64,000 nucleotides of DNA, taken from the NCBI GenBank assembly GCA_016214785.1, contig JACRNV010000005.1:21365-85364 (forward strand), given 5' to 3'. Under the pieces are notes generated by a model. It worked only from the letters and a program-made list of their open reading frames with translations, searched no databases and was not told where the DNA came from. Of the stretch, positions 47,126 through 56,744 are shown piece after piece. Both the position numbers and the translations under genes were made by a program. Position 1 is the first letter of the stretch; each line of letters starts with the position of its first letter. This stretch comes from Methanobacteriota archaeon (GTDB lineage Archaea; Thermoplasmatota; Thermoplasmata; SG8-5; JACRNV01).

Positions 47126-47569
47126 TTATTCTTCTTCCTCTTCCTCCACAGCGCCCCTGAGCCGCCATATGTCGTCGGGCACTTCCTTGTACACGTCCTC
47201 TGGCCTTCCCGCCATGGCCGCGCGCTCCTTGTCCTTCGAGACGTTCACTAGCTCGACTATCCTGTCCTTCTTGAAGAGCCAGTAGTGGATGCGCCATTCC
47301 CTCCCATCGTAGAGGGTGGTCTCCTCGCGCTCCGTCGTCAGGAGCCCCGAGTCCTCGAGCATGTAGAAGGCGTCCCTGTCCTCGGGCTCGAGTATGTTGT
47401 CGATGATCCTGTCGCCGTAGCCGAAGAAGTTCAGCACGTGCTGGGCCATCCTCCTCGCGTCCTCCTCCTTCAGGCCCTTCCTATCGATAGAGTTCTTTAT
47501 GGCCCGCGTGAGGTCGTCCACGGTCAGCGTGTTAGCCACGTTCTTGTCAAGCTTGGTCATTATGCTCAT
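47126..47569 (-). CDS. Conserved Thermoplasmatota protein (DUF6015-like)
   Basis: VLNFFGY.DRIIDN.LEPEDRD.FYMLED.GLL.TEREETTLYDGREWRIHYW. Confidence 0.7.
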   Translation of the reverse strand: MSIMTKLDKNVANTLTVDDLTRAIKNSIDRKGLKEEDARRMAQHVLNFFGYGDRIIDNILEPEDRDAFYMLEDSGLLTTEREETTLYDGREWRIHYWLFKKDRIVELVNVSKDKERAAMAGRPEDVYKEVPDDIWRLRGAVEEEEEE

Positions 47570-47759
47570 TCTGCCGCCTCGTTTTCGCTATATGCCCGCT
47601 AATGATAGTTGTCGGGAGACCTATATTATGTTTTCGTGCCCCCTGTTCGCAAGGCGCGCACGTCGCACGTTTGAGCTTTCGCGGAAATCCGATGCGAAAT
47701 TGCCCGCCGCTGCCCGCGGCAGATAAGATAATAATAACCGATAACAATGCCGAGCGGAC

Positions 47760-48917
47760 ATGGCATTGGAAAGGATATTCAGGGACGTATCGAAGCTGTC
47801 GTTCGACTACATACCAGAAAAATTGGTCCATCGCGAGGCGGATCTCAAATCGCTCTTCACGATATTCCAGACCGTCGTCAGCCACGACCTCCCGCAGCGC
47901 GCGTTCATCACCGGCTCGGTGGGCACAGGGAAGACCGCGCTCTCGAAGAGGTTCTGCCTCGACTTCAAGGCCTTCGCCTCCGGGAAGGGCAAGCCCGTCG
48001 ACTTCGTGACCGTGAACTGCCGGCAGCGCAGCACGGAGAACGCAGCGCTCCTGAAGATACTGATGCACTTCGACTCGAACTTCCCCGACCGAGGATTTTC
48101 AACCCCAGAGATGCTCGAGGTCCTGCGCAGGCACCTGGGGCAGAGGGGGCTGCACCTGTTCGTCGTGCTGGACGAGGCCGACGTCCTGCTGAAGAAGAGC
48201 GGCTCGGACCTGGTCTACAGCCTCAGCAGGCTCGACGAGGAGAGGCTCTCTCCGAAGGGGCGGCTATCGCTGATCATGATATCGCAGAAGTGGGCGCTAG
48301 ACATGCTCGACCCCGCGGCGCTGTCCACGTTCAAACGGAGCAACACCGTCGAGCTCGGCAAGTACACACAAGGGCAACTCTATGACATCCTCAAGGTGCG
48401 GGCAGACCTGGCCGTCCAGCCCGGCGCCGTCGGCGACGACGTGCTGGAGCTCATCTCTGACATAGCATCCGAGTGGGGCGACGCGCGCTACGCCATCGAG
48501 CTGCTGGAGCGGGCGGGGGTGCTGGCGCAGGAGGCCGACCAGGACGCCATCGAGGCGGAGCAGGTCCGCGCGGCGAAGGCGGACACCTACTCGGTCGTCA
48601 CTGAGAGCAAGCTGGAGGCGCTGGAGATGCACGAGCTCCTCGCGCTACTCGCTGCGGCGAGGGTGCTGAGGAAGGGCGCGTTCACTACCACCGGCGACGT
48701 GGAAAAAACATACGCCGCGGCCTGCGAGGAGTACGGCGAGAAGCCGCGCGGCCACACGCAGTTCTGGGAGTACCTGAACGCCCTGGGCGCGAGCGGCCTG
48801 CTGGAGACCAAGGCATCGGGAAAGGGGACGTCGGGAAGGACGACGGTCATCTCGCTGCCGGACATACCTGCGGGGGAGCTGGCGGCGCAGATAGAGGGGA
48901 TGCTGGGGAAGAAATAA
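47760..48917 (+). CDS. cdc6: Orc1/Cdc6 replication initiation protein
   Basis: Motifs DYIPEKLVHRE, Walker A GSVGTGKT, VNC, Walker B VLDEAD and GDARYAI, with a C-terminal winged helix. Confidence 0.93.
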   Translation: MALERIFRDVSKLSFDYIPEKLVHREADLKSLFTIFQTVVSHDLPQRAFITGSVGTGKTALSKRFCLDFKAFASGKGKPVDFVTVNCRQRSTENAALLKILMHFDSNFPDRGFSTPEMLEVLRRHLGQRGLHLFVVLDEADVLLKKSGSDLVYSLSRLDEERLSPKGRLSLIMISQKWALDMLDPAALSTFKRSNTVELGKYTQGQLYDILKVRADLAVQPGAVGDDVLELISDIASEWGDARYAIELLERAGVLAQEADQDAIEAEQVRAAKADTYSVVTESKLEALEMHELLALLAAARVLRKGAFTTTGDVEKTYAAACEEYGEKPRGHTQFWEYLNALGASGLLETKASGKGTSGRTTVISLPDIPAGELAAQIEGMLGKK

Positions 48918-49007
48918 TTGAGCTTGGAATTGGTACAAACCCCTCTAATAGAACTAAAGTTACGATTGACACGGTATATTAAAATAGCTTAACCCAATCA
49001 CCTTTTC

Positions 49008-51455
49008 ATGCCTAAGAGGGGGGCCCTGAGCGTCTGGGAGTCCATCGTGCTGCACCTGGCCCGCTTCTCCAGGTTCGCTGGGGAGTTCGAGGTGCCGGGC
49101 GCGGTCGTGCAGGAGGGCGTCGCCGACGGCGCGGGCGTCACGCGCGCCCACGCCGCCGTCGAGCTGAAGAAACTAAGGGACAAGAACCTCATAACCGAGA
49201 GGCTCGCCCATGTGCGCGGGGCCAAGACGAAGAAGAAGGCATACTTCCTCACCGCCGACGGCGAGGCCTCCGCGAAGCAGATGCGCGAGAGCGCCCTCAA
49301 ATCCAGGCTCGCGCTCGTGACGCTGGACGGCGAGGAGAGGGAGCTGCCGGGGGCGGAATGCCTGCGCTACCTCACCGGCGCCGTGGCGCTCTCCGAGGTC
49401 GATGCGATAAAGGCCATGCTCGGCGGAGAGCGCGTGGACGCGCGCCTGCTCGCCAAGGTCGAGAAGGAGGAGCCCGGCGGCCTGCAGATGGCCGAGGGGT
49501 TCGTCGGCAGGGCGGACGAGCTGGCCGCGCTGCGCAGGTGGCTTTCTTCCGGTTCGCGCTTCATGGTCGTCCAGGGGCTGCACGGCATAGGCAAGTCGTC
49601 GCTCGTGGCAGCGGCGCTCGATGGCGCGAAGGGCGCGCACGTCTACCGCCCGACGCTCATGGACACGCCCGGGCACATGCTCGCCTTCATGCTCCGGAGC
49701 CTCTCGGGGCGCCCGGCGGGTCTGGCGGATCCCAGGGAGTCGTTCGTCAGGCTGCTGGACGCGGGCAGCGGCGCGCTCTTCGTCGTCGAGGGCTACGAGG
49801 CCGCCGCGCGGTCGCTCGACCCGTTCCTGTCCCAGTTCCTCGCGGCCGGGAAGGGGCCGCGTTTCATCATCGCAAGCGCAATCCGTCCAAGATTCTACTC
49901 CAGCTCCGACGTGGCGCAGGGGGGCGTGCGCGAGATCCCTCTCTCGGGCCTCTCGAAGGCCGATTCGCTGACGCTCCTTGAGAGGAAGGGCGCTGCGAAG
50001 GACGTGGCCGAGCGCATCTACTCTGCCACCGGAGGGCACCCGCTCTCGATGCTGCTCGCGCCGCGCGACGCAGCCGCGGGCAAGGGCACGCTCACGGGCA
50101 TATTGCAGAAGGCCGTCTCCTCCCTCGACCGAGAGGAGGCCGGTGCCATCGTCTCGCTGGCCATATTCAGGAAGCCGGTCCCGCCCATCGCCGCGCGGGT
50201 AACGGACGCGTCGCTCGCCTCCGCCCTCGCGGGCAAGGGCTTCGCCGTCGAGGACCGGGAAGGGAATATCATCGCCCACCCCTGCGTGCGCGAGGCCGTA
50301 CTGTCGAGGCTCGGCGCGCAGCAGCTCAAGGTCCTGCACTCGAAGGCCGCGGACTACTGGCTCGACGCCGGCGGGTACCTGGAGAGGCTCCACCACCTGG
50401 TCGAGGCCCAGCGGCACGGCGAGGCGCGCATGCTCCTCACCTCGCGCTGCGCGGAGCTGGAGGGCGAGGCCGGGCCGTCGGAACTCCTCGCTACCGTCCG
50501 CGGCGTGGAGATAAGGGACAGGGACGTGCGCTACCGGCTCGCCCTCGCGGGCCTTGCGCTCGACGCGGGCCAGCATCAGGCCGCGCTCGCGTACTCGACC
50601 CTGAAGGCCACGCCCGGCGACCGGGCGCTCGGCGCCGAGGCGACGGTGATCAGGGCCCGCGTCCTCACGAGGCTAGGGAAGATTGCAGAGGCCGAGACTG
50701 CGCTGGAGAGCGCGGCGCCGGACGCCGACGGGGACGCCAAACTGGAGCTGGAGCGGCTCCTGGGCAGCCTGCGGATGAAGAGGGGGCAGTACGATGAGGC
50801 GCGCTCGTCCTTCGCCCGCGTCTTCGAGGCCGCGAGCGGCGAGGCCGCGGCCGAGGCGGCCAACCAGCTCGCGAACATCGATCTCATGCTCGGCAATTTC
50901 AAGGAGGCGTCCCGCTGGCTCGAGGCCGGCATCGACGCCTGCGGCGGCGGCGCGACCTCGGTCGCCCTTCGCGCGAACTACGCCCTCGCGTCCGCGTCAA
51001 GAGGAAAGGAGGAGGAGGCGCTGGGCCACTTCGGCGCCGCGCTCAAGGAGGCGCGCAGGCTCGGCCTGCCGATGTACGAGGCGGAGATAAGCGCGAACAT
51101 GTCCGATTTGCTCTCGAAGGGCAACAAATGCGAGGAGGCGCTGCCCCTGGCCGAGCGCTCCGTCGAGCTGCTCAGGTCCCTGGGCGTGCGGGACAGGCTC
51201 GGGCTCGCGCTCCTGAACATGGGGCGCACCCTCGCCTGCCTGAAGAGGAGGGAGCGGGCGCTGGAGACGCTCGACGAGGCCGTCTCGCTCAACGGCTTCG
51301 TCGCCGACCCGCGCGCGCGGGCGAGGCGGCTCCTGGACGCCTCGGAGTCGTACGCGATGCTCGGCGCAACGGCGAAATCGAAAGAGATGAAGGACGCCGC
51401 GCGCGCCAACGGCGGGAAGGCGCCGGCCAAAGGCCGACCAAGGAGAAAAAGATAA
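49008..51455 (+). CDS. Winged-HTH / STAND-type ATPase / TPR protein
   Basis: N-terminal wHTH (QEGVA...TRAH..VELKKL...YFLT..G), FVGR..EL, GLHGIGKS and TGGHPL, then Ala-rich TPR-like repeats. Confidence 0.8.
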   Translation: MPKRGALSVWESIVLHLARFSRFAGEFEVPGAVVQEGVADGAGVTRAHAAVELKKLRDKNLITERLAHVRGAKTKKKAYFLTADGEASAKQMRESALKSRLALVTLDGEERELPGAECLRYLTGAVALSEVDAIKAMLGGERVDARLLAKVEKEEPGGLQMAEGFVGRADELAALRRWLSSGSRFMVVQGLHGIGKSSLVAAALDGAKGAHVYRPTLMDTPGHMLAFMLRSLSGRPAGLADPRESFVRLLDAGSGALFVVEGYEAAARSLDPFLSQFLAAGKGPRFIIASAIRPRFYSSSDVAQGGVREIPLSGLSKADSLTLLERKGAAKDVAERIYSATGGHPLSMLLAPRDAAAGKGTLTGILQKAVSSLDREEAGAIVSLAIFRKPVPPIAARVTDASLASALAGKGFAVEDREGNIIAHPCVREAVLSRLGAQQLKVLHSKAADYWLDAGGYLERLHHLVEAQRHGEARMLLTSRCAELEGEAGPSELLATVRGVEIRDRDVRYRLALAGLALDAGQHQAALAYSTLKATPGDRALGAEATVIRARVLTRLGKIAEAETALESAAPDADGDAKLELERLLGSLRMKRGQYDEARSSFARVFEAASGEAAAEAANQLANIDLMLGNFKEASRWLEAGIDACGGGATSVALRANYALASASRGKEEEALGHFGAALKEARRLGLPMYEAEISANMSDLLSKGNKCEEALPLAERSVELLRSLGVRDRLGLALLNMGRTLACLKRRERALETLDEAVSLNGFVADPRARARRLLDASESYAMLGATAKSKEMKDAARANGGKAPAKGRPRRKR

Positions 51456-51497
51456 GAACATGCGCGCATATGGCCCGCGGGGCAAAGGAGGCGTGCG

Positions 51498-51677
51498 ATG
51501 ACCGACGACACAAAGGAGCTCATCAAGGAGGTCAGGCATCTCAGGGAGGAGCTGCGCCAGATCCGCGAGGTCGTCAACTCGCTCGTCCAGATAGTCATGG
51601 AGATGGACGAGTTCGAGGACGAGCCAGAGTTCCCGAGCCTCCCGGGGAGCCAGAGCCCGCCGTCGTTCAACAACTGA
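51498..51677 (+). CDS. Small coiled-coil protein, 59 aa
   Basis: GGAGG RBS; hand translation MTDDTKELIKEVRHLREELRQIREVVNSLVQIVMEMDEFEDEPEFPSLPGSQSPPSFNN*. Confidence 0.65.
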   Translation: MTDDTKELIKEVRHLREELRQIREVVNSLVQIVMEMDEFEDEPEFPSLPGSQSPPSFNN

Positions 51678-51678
51678 G

Positions 51679-52908
51679 GTGGGCGCAGTGCCATCGAAGG
51701 ACTTTTCCGCGCTCGCGAAGGCCCACGACGACTGGCGCCTGAAGAGATGCATAAACCTCATACCATCCGAGAATATCATGAGCCCGACGGCCAGAGCCCT
51801 TCTTTCCTCGGACCTGGCGAGCCGCTACTCTCTCCCAATCAACGACGTCGTGCACGGCGCGTTCGTCGAGAACGCCTACCGCGGCACGCGCTATTCCGAC
51901 GAGATTACCATATCGGCCGAGAGGCTGGCCTGCGAGGCCTTCGGCGCGCGGCACGTCTCGCTCGCGCCGCTCTCCGGGCACGTCGCAGCGATATTAATGC
52001 TCTCGGCGCTCTGCCGCAAGGGCGATACTGTCATGTCCCTCAGCTCGTCGGACGGCGGGTACGACGGGTACTGCAAAAAATATATACCAGACATGCTCGG
52101 GCTCGGGACGAGGTGCCTGCCATTCGACCAGTCGTTATGGAACATAGACGTCGAGGCCGCGTGCGCGGCCATCCTCAGGTTCAGGCCGCGGCTCGTCGTG
52201 CTGGGCGCCAGCTACCTGCCCTTCCCGCACCCGGTCAGGGAGCTGTCGGAGGCGTGCGCCACCGCCGGAGCCTTCCTGGGCTACGACGCAGCTCATGTCC
52301 TGGGTATACTCCCAAGCTTCCAGCAGCCGCTTAGGGAGGGCGCGGACATCGTAGTTGCAAACACCCACAAGACATTCTGGGGCCCGCAGGGCGGCCTGGC
52401 GATGGCCAACGACCCCGAGATAGACCAGGCCGTGCGCCGCAACCTCACCTGGCGCACTCTGGATAACACGCACCTCAACCGCATCGCGGCGACGGGCCAG
52501 GCCTTACTGGAATACAAGAGGCACGGCAAGGCCTACGCCGCGCAGGTCGTGAAGAACTCCCGCGCGCTGGCGGCCGCGCTCGACGGCGGCGGCTTTCCGG
52601 TGAGATTCAAGAAGCTCGGCTACACGCGCTCCCACCAGATCCTGCTGGGTATCGACGGGATGAAGAAAATGTTCCGCGCGGACAGCAACACCATCGCCAA
52701 GCGCCTCGAGAGATACAACGTGATAACCGATGCGGTCGGACGCCTCGGCACGCAAGAGGTCACGAGGATGGGGCTCAGGGAGCGCGACATGAAGGAGCTT
52801 GCGGAGCTCATTTTCATGGGCGCAAGCGGGGAGAACATCGGGAAAGGCGTGAGGGCGCTGAGAAAGAGGATGAAACTCTGCTACGTTCTGAAAAAGAGGG
52901 GAGACTGA
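51679..52908 (+). CDS. glyA: Serine hydroxymethyltransferase (archaeal type)
   Basis: Motifs INLIPSEN, PLSG, YDAAHVLG, THKTFWGPQGG, RSHQ and RLGTQEVTRMG. Confidence 0.88.
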   Translation: MGAVPSKDFSALAKAHDDWRLKRCINLIPSENIMSPTARALLSSDLASRYSLPINDVVHGAFVENAYRGTRYSDEITISAERLACEAFGARHVSLAPLSGHVAAILMLSALCRKGDTVMSLSSSDGGYDGYCKKYIPDMLGLGTRCLPFDQSLWNIDVEAACAAILRFRPRLVVLGASYLPFPHPVRELSEACATAGAFLGYDAAHVLGILPSFQQPLREGADIVVANTHKTFWGPQGGLAMANDPEIDQAVRRNLTWRTLDNTHLNRIAATGQALLEYKRHGKAYAAQVVKNSRALAAALDGGGFPVRFKKLGYTRSHQILLGIDGMKKMFRADSNTIAKRLERYNVITDAVGRLGTQEVTRMGLRERDMKELAELIFMGASGENIGKGVRALRKRMKLCYVLKKRGD

Positions 52909-52914
52909 CATAAT

Positions 52915-53748
52915 TTGAGTGTTAAAAAGGACTATTGTTCCTATATTGCATTTCTTGATGTGCTCGGCTTCAAAGATATGATAGATAAGAACGAACATGA
53001 TAAAATGAAAGAGATATATTCAACCAACCTGACATCTAATGTTAAAAGGAGTGTATCACCAGATTCAATACGCATGGTAAATAAAGATGGAAAGGAAGTA
53101 TCACTTTCAGAATTGAATGAAACCCTAGTGAATTCATTGATTATTTCAGATAGTATTATACTCTGGACTGATGACGATTCATCGGAGAGTTTTTTTAATA
53201 TCATAAAAGGTGCAGGTATACTTTTAAGAAATTTTATTATTGGGGGGTTACCGCTCAGAGGTTGTATTACATTGGGTGAATTTAGTCTTCGGTACAGTCA
53301 AATGAGATCGAATAGGCAGAATATTCAAATGACTATATTTGGTAAAGCCATTACAAATGCGTATTCCAAAACAGACATTCAACAATGGGTCGGATGCACA
53401 GTAGATAACGATGCTATAAAAAAATTTCGGGAATGGGAGAAAAAACATTCTACTATGTCGAATTTTGCATCAATTGAATGGTTTTGCAAATTGAAGCTTC
53501 TTGCTAGATATAAAGTTCCTTTAAAATATGGTCCTTTAGAAAAAAAATATGTCATCGATTGGATTTCAAACACCGAAATAACAGAAAGGATTATTCGAGA
53601 AGCATTCTCAAAACATAAAAAGACTGTAAATGATTGGGATGTTCGGTATAAGCTAGAAAACACAATCAAATTTTATCAATTCATCAAAATGAAGAAAACC
53701 CACATACAATATGATGCTTTTACACTTCGAGACGTTCCACCTAAATAG
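52915..53748 (+). CDS. AT-rich hypothetical protein with nucleotide-cyclase-like (palm) motifs
   Basis: Motifs AFLDVLGFK, ISDSIIL, LRGCITLG and FGKAITNAY. Confidence 0.6.
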   Translation: MSVKKDYCSYIAFLDVLGFKDMIDKNEHDKMKEIYSTNLTSNVKRSVSPDSIRMVNKDGKEVSLSELNETLVNSLIISDSIILWTDDDSSESFFNIIKGAGILLRNFIIGGLPLRGCITLGEFSLRYSQMRSNRQNIQMTIFGKAITNAYSKTDIQQWVGCTVDNDAIKKFREWEKKHSTMSNFASIEWFCKLKLLARYKVPLKYGPLEKKYVIDWISNTEITERIIREAFSKHKKTVNDWDVRYKLENTIKFYQFIKMKKTHIQYDAFTLRDVPPK

Positions 53749-53825
53749 CCCCTGATGGCTGAGGTTTTTGACTACGTTAGGTGCAAAGCCGCACTTCGAC
53801 GATTCGAGAATTGACAAGTAGAGCA

Positions 53826-54626
53826 TTATTTTTTATATCCAGCTTTCAGCTTCTTCACTCTCGTCCCGATGAGCTTCCTGATTTTTTCATAGCTCGGCGG
53901 CGGCCCGGTGCGCACGAACTTCCCGTCGATGAAAAGCGCGTCCGAGAGCCCCCATTCGCGCATCGTCGCCTTGTCCATCGTGCCTATCTCCGTGAAAACG
54001 ACGGCGTCGCCGAACTCCGCGCTGGCCCGCTTCGCCCTTTCATAGACGATGTTCTGCGCCGGGCACCACCCGTTCACGAACGACGTGACCGCGACCTTCC
54101 CGGGCACCAGGACGGGCTTTCTCACTTGCTTGATCCACCTCGGCGGCTCCGCATCGTCCGAGAACCGCTTCCAGAGCAGGACCGCGATGCCGTCCTTGTC
54201 CGCTTGCACATAACCGTGCTTCTTGAACCACGAGGCCTTCATCCAAAATGGCAGCGAAAGACCCCAGGCCGCGATGCCCTTGGCGCCGAGGGCTCTGGCA
54301 TCCTCCTCCGCGGCATTCAGGAGCGCGGCGCCCATCCCGCGCTTCTGAAAATCGCCCCGTCCCTGCTTGTGGCCATGGACCCATATGCAGGAGATGAAGT
54401 AGAGCCCATCCCCTTCAACGTGGGAGCGCTCAATCGGGATGTACTGAATCATGCCGCCGACAACGCCATCGTCGTTGGCGGCCAGCTTCACCCTTAGGCC
54501 ATTCTTTTCCATGGCCTTGAACCAGAGGTCCTTTTTATTTCCCGCGTCTTTCATCTCGTCGGACCAGTCCTCGAGGCATTGGAGATAGAGAGAATAGGGC
54601 TCTGGAGCGAGGTCGAGGATTTTCAT
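53826..54626 (-). CDS. GNAT N-acetyltransferase with thioredoxin-like C-terminal domain
   Basis: Motifs GMIQYIPIE, CIWV, QKRGMG.ALL..AE, GWCP and ALFIDGK. Confidence 0.8.
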   Translation of the reverse strand: MKILDLAPEPYSLYLQCLEDWSDEMKDAGNKKDLWFKAMEKNGLRVKLAANDDGVVGGMIQYIPIERSHVEGDGLYFISCIWVHGHKQGRGDFQKRGMGAALLNAAEEDARALGAKGIAAWGLSLPFWMKASWFKKHGYVQADKDGIAVLLWKRFSDDAEPPRWIKQVRKPVLVPGKVAVTSFVNGWCPAQNIVYERAKRASAEFGDAVVFTEIGTMDKATMREWGLSDALFIDGKFVRTGPPPSYEKIRKLIGTRVKKLKAGYKK

Positions 54627-54647
54627 TGATGGCCCTCCACGGGCAGG

Positions 54648-55121
54648 TCACTTCTTCTTCCTTATCGGCACCTGGATGTTGGCGTATATTATCGTCTTCG
54701 CCCCCTCGACCGTGGGCTTCTTGGTGTATATCTCGAGGCACGGCCCCGAGCACTCGTAGCCGTTGGCCGCGACCCATTCCATAACCTTCCTGTAGGTCTC
54801 GGGGAACTCGGTGCCCGGCGCCTTGTGCTTTATGACCGCGACCTCCATCTCGGGGAGTATCTTGACCTTAACGCCCTTCGACGGCACGGCCTCGCCCTTG
54901 AGGGTTATAGCGATTTCGCTCTTCAGCTTCTCGGGCGGGGTGACCTTGGGGTCGTCCGGGTACATTGCGAACGGGTGGAAGCCGGGCATCACCTTGTTCT
55001 CCTTCGCGAAGCCGTAGAGCTTGCCAATATATACATCAAACGGTATCTTGTCGTACGGCCCCGTGTGCTCGACGTACGCGATCTTCGTTGCTTCCCTCTT
55101 CTTGACAACAATTTCCGGCAT
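54648..55121 (-). CDS. GyrI-like small-molecule-binding protein
   Basis: Motifs YVEHTGPY, YPDDP..TP, W...NGY...GP..EIY and IQVPI. Confidence 0.85.
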   Translation of the reverse strand: MPEIVVKKREATKIAYVEHTGPYDKIPFDVYIGKLYGFAKENKVMPGFHPFAMYPDDPKVTPPEKLKSEIAITLKGEAVPSKGVKVKILPEMEVAVIKHKAPGTEFPETYRKVMEWVAANGYECSGPCLEIYTKKPTVEGAKTIIYANIQVPIRKKK

Positions 55122-55143
55122 TGAATCCCCTCAGCGGGCAGAG

Positions 55144-55324
55144 CCCGCCAATGAACATTGGCGGGAGGGATTAAGAACCTTTCCAATGGGGGGGCGAAAC
55201 TACAAATAGAGTTTCTGAGAACCGTTTCGCTAGGAGATTTACAGGAAAATCTCCGGCGAAACTACTCTGGATATTCACAGAAAACCGTTTCTATAGGAGA
55301 ATCACAAGAGATTCTCCGGCAAAA
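55144..55324. promoter_or_regulatory. Palindrome cluster upstream of the GyrI-like gene
   Basis: Perfect CCCGCCAATG-AA-CATTGGCGGG (55144-55165) and two related 8-bp-arm palindromes 63 bp apart. Confidence 0.5.
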
Positions 55325-55419
55325 GTGCCCGAATGAGGCGTCGAGCGTCCAGAAACCGCCGGAATCTGCTCTTGAAATGCTTGAACCGTCCACAAGATGG
55401 CGGCGGTTCCCCGACCCTT

Positions 55420-56703
55420 TCAGAGCGCCAGCAGCTTCCGCGCCTGCCTTTCGGCTTCCTTCATTATTTTCGCCTCGTCGAAAGCCTTGAGCGCCCGTCC
55501 CCTGACGACGACCTTGCCGTCGACGATTACGTCCCGGACGTTCGCGCCGATGCAGGAATATGCCAAATTCGACACGAGATTGCCCGAATGCGTCGGTGCC
55601 ATGTTCGGAGCGGTAATGTCGACAATTGCCAGGTCAGCGCGCTTCCCCCTTTCGATGGAGCCGATGGCCCTCTCCGCTCCGATGGCCCGCGCCGCATCTA
55701 TCGTCGCCATGTCGAGTATCTCCTGCGCGTTCATGACCGTAGCGTCCCACCGGTGCGCCTTGTGCGCCAGCGCGCAGAACTTCATCTCCTGGAACATGTC
55801 GAGGCAGTTGTTGGACGCGCTACCGTCCGTGCCCAAGCCTACGGGCACGCCTTCGCGGCGCATCTCCGGTACCGGCGCTATCCCACCGCTGGCCAGCTTG
55901 GCGTTCGACACAGGGCAGTGGGCGACGCCCACGCCGTTCTTCTTCAAGATGCGAATCTCATTGATTGTGAGCCAGACGCAGTGCGCGGCCGACAACCTGT
56001 CATTCAGGAAGCCAATGCCCTCCAGCCATGCGATGGGGCGCTTCCCCGTCTTCTTCTCGTGCTCGTGCACTTCGTACCTCGTTTCCTGGAGGTGCATGTG
56101 CAGGCCGGCGCCGTGCTCCTCTGCGAGGGAGCGCGCCCCAAGCAAGGTCTCCTCCGAACATGCATAAACCCCCTGGGGCGCGACCAGCGGCCTAACTAAT
56201 GGGCTCGATTTGAACCGACTGATGAACCTGTCCGCGTTCTTCAGCGGGCTCCCCTTCTGGGTGGTCTTGTCGTCGTCGAGGACGGCCCAGCCGAGATGGC
56301 CCCTGATGCCCGTGGCCTCCACGGCCTCGGCGACGGCGTCCTCGTGGTAGTACATGTCCATGAAGGTGGTTGTACCCGAGAGAAGCATCTCGAGGCACCC
56401 GAGCATCGCGCCCGCGCGGACGTCCTGGCGAGTCCTGCGGGCGTCGACGGCGAATGTCCTGCCGAGGAACTGCTCGAGGTTCAGGTCGTCGGCCACGCCC
56501 TTCATCAGCGCCATTGCCGCGTGCCCGTGGCAGTTCACGAGCCCGGGGATGACCGCGCAGCCGCTCGCGTCCAGTGTCTTCGCGCCCTTGATGGACTTGC
56601 CTATCGCTGCGATGCGCCCGTCCTCGATTAGGACATCGGCCCGTAAAACATCCCTCTTCGGGTCCTGCGTGGCGACGAGGCCGTTCTTGATTACGAGGCT
56701 CAT
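55420..56703 (-). CDS. Metal-dependent amidohydrolase, MTA/SAH (5'-deoxyadenosine) deaminase-like
   Basis: Motifs IPGLVNCHGH, HMHLQE, AHCV, HCPVSNAKL and GLGTDGSASNN. Start MSLVIKNG. Confidence 0.88.
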   Translation of the reverse strand: MSLVIKNGLVATQDPKRDVLRADVLIEDGRIAAIGKSIKGAKTLDASGCAVIPGLVNCHGHAAMALMKGVADDLNLEQFLGRTFAVDARRTRQDVRAGAMLGCLEMLLSGTTTFMDMYYHEDAVAEAVEATGIRGHLGWAVLDDDKTTQKGSPLKNADRFISRFKSSPLVRPLVAPQGVYACSEETLLGARSLAEEHGAGLHMHLQETRYEVHEHEKKTGKRPIAWLEGIGFLNDRLSAAHCVWLTINEIRILKKNGVGVAHCPVSNAKLASGGIAPVPEMRREGVPVGLGTDGSASNNCLDMFQEMKFCALAHKAHRWDATVMNAQEILDMATIDAARAIGAERAIGSIERGKRADLAIVDITAPNMAPTHSGNLVSNLAYSCIGANVRDVIVDGKVVVRGRALKAFDEAKIMKEAERQARKLLAL

Positions 56704-56744
56704 CGCGACCGCATCGCCCGGATGATAGATAAAGGTTCTCGGGC

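Noticed and set aside
47570-49007. Replication origin next to cdc6
   Set aside because: No repeated ORB boxes or extended AT-rich unwinding element recognised; the intergenic regions are short.
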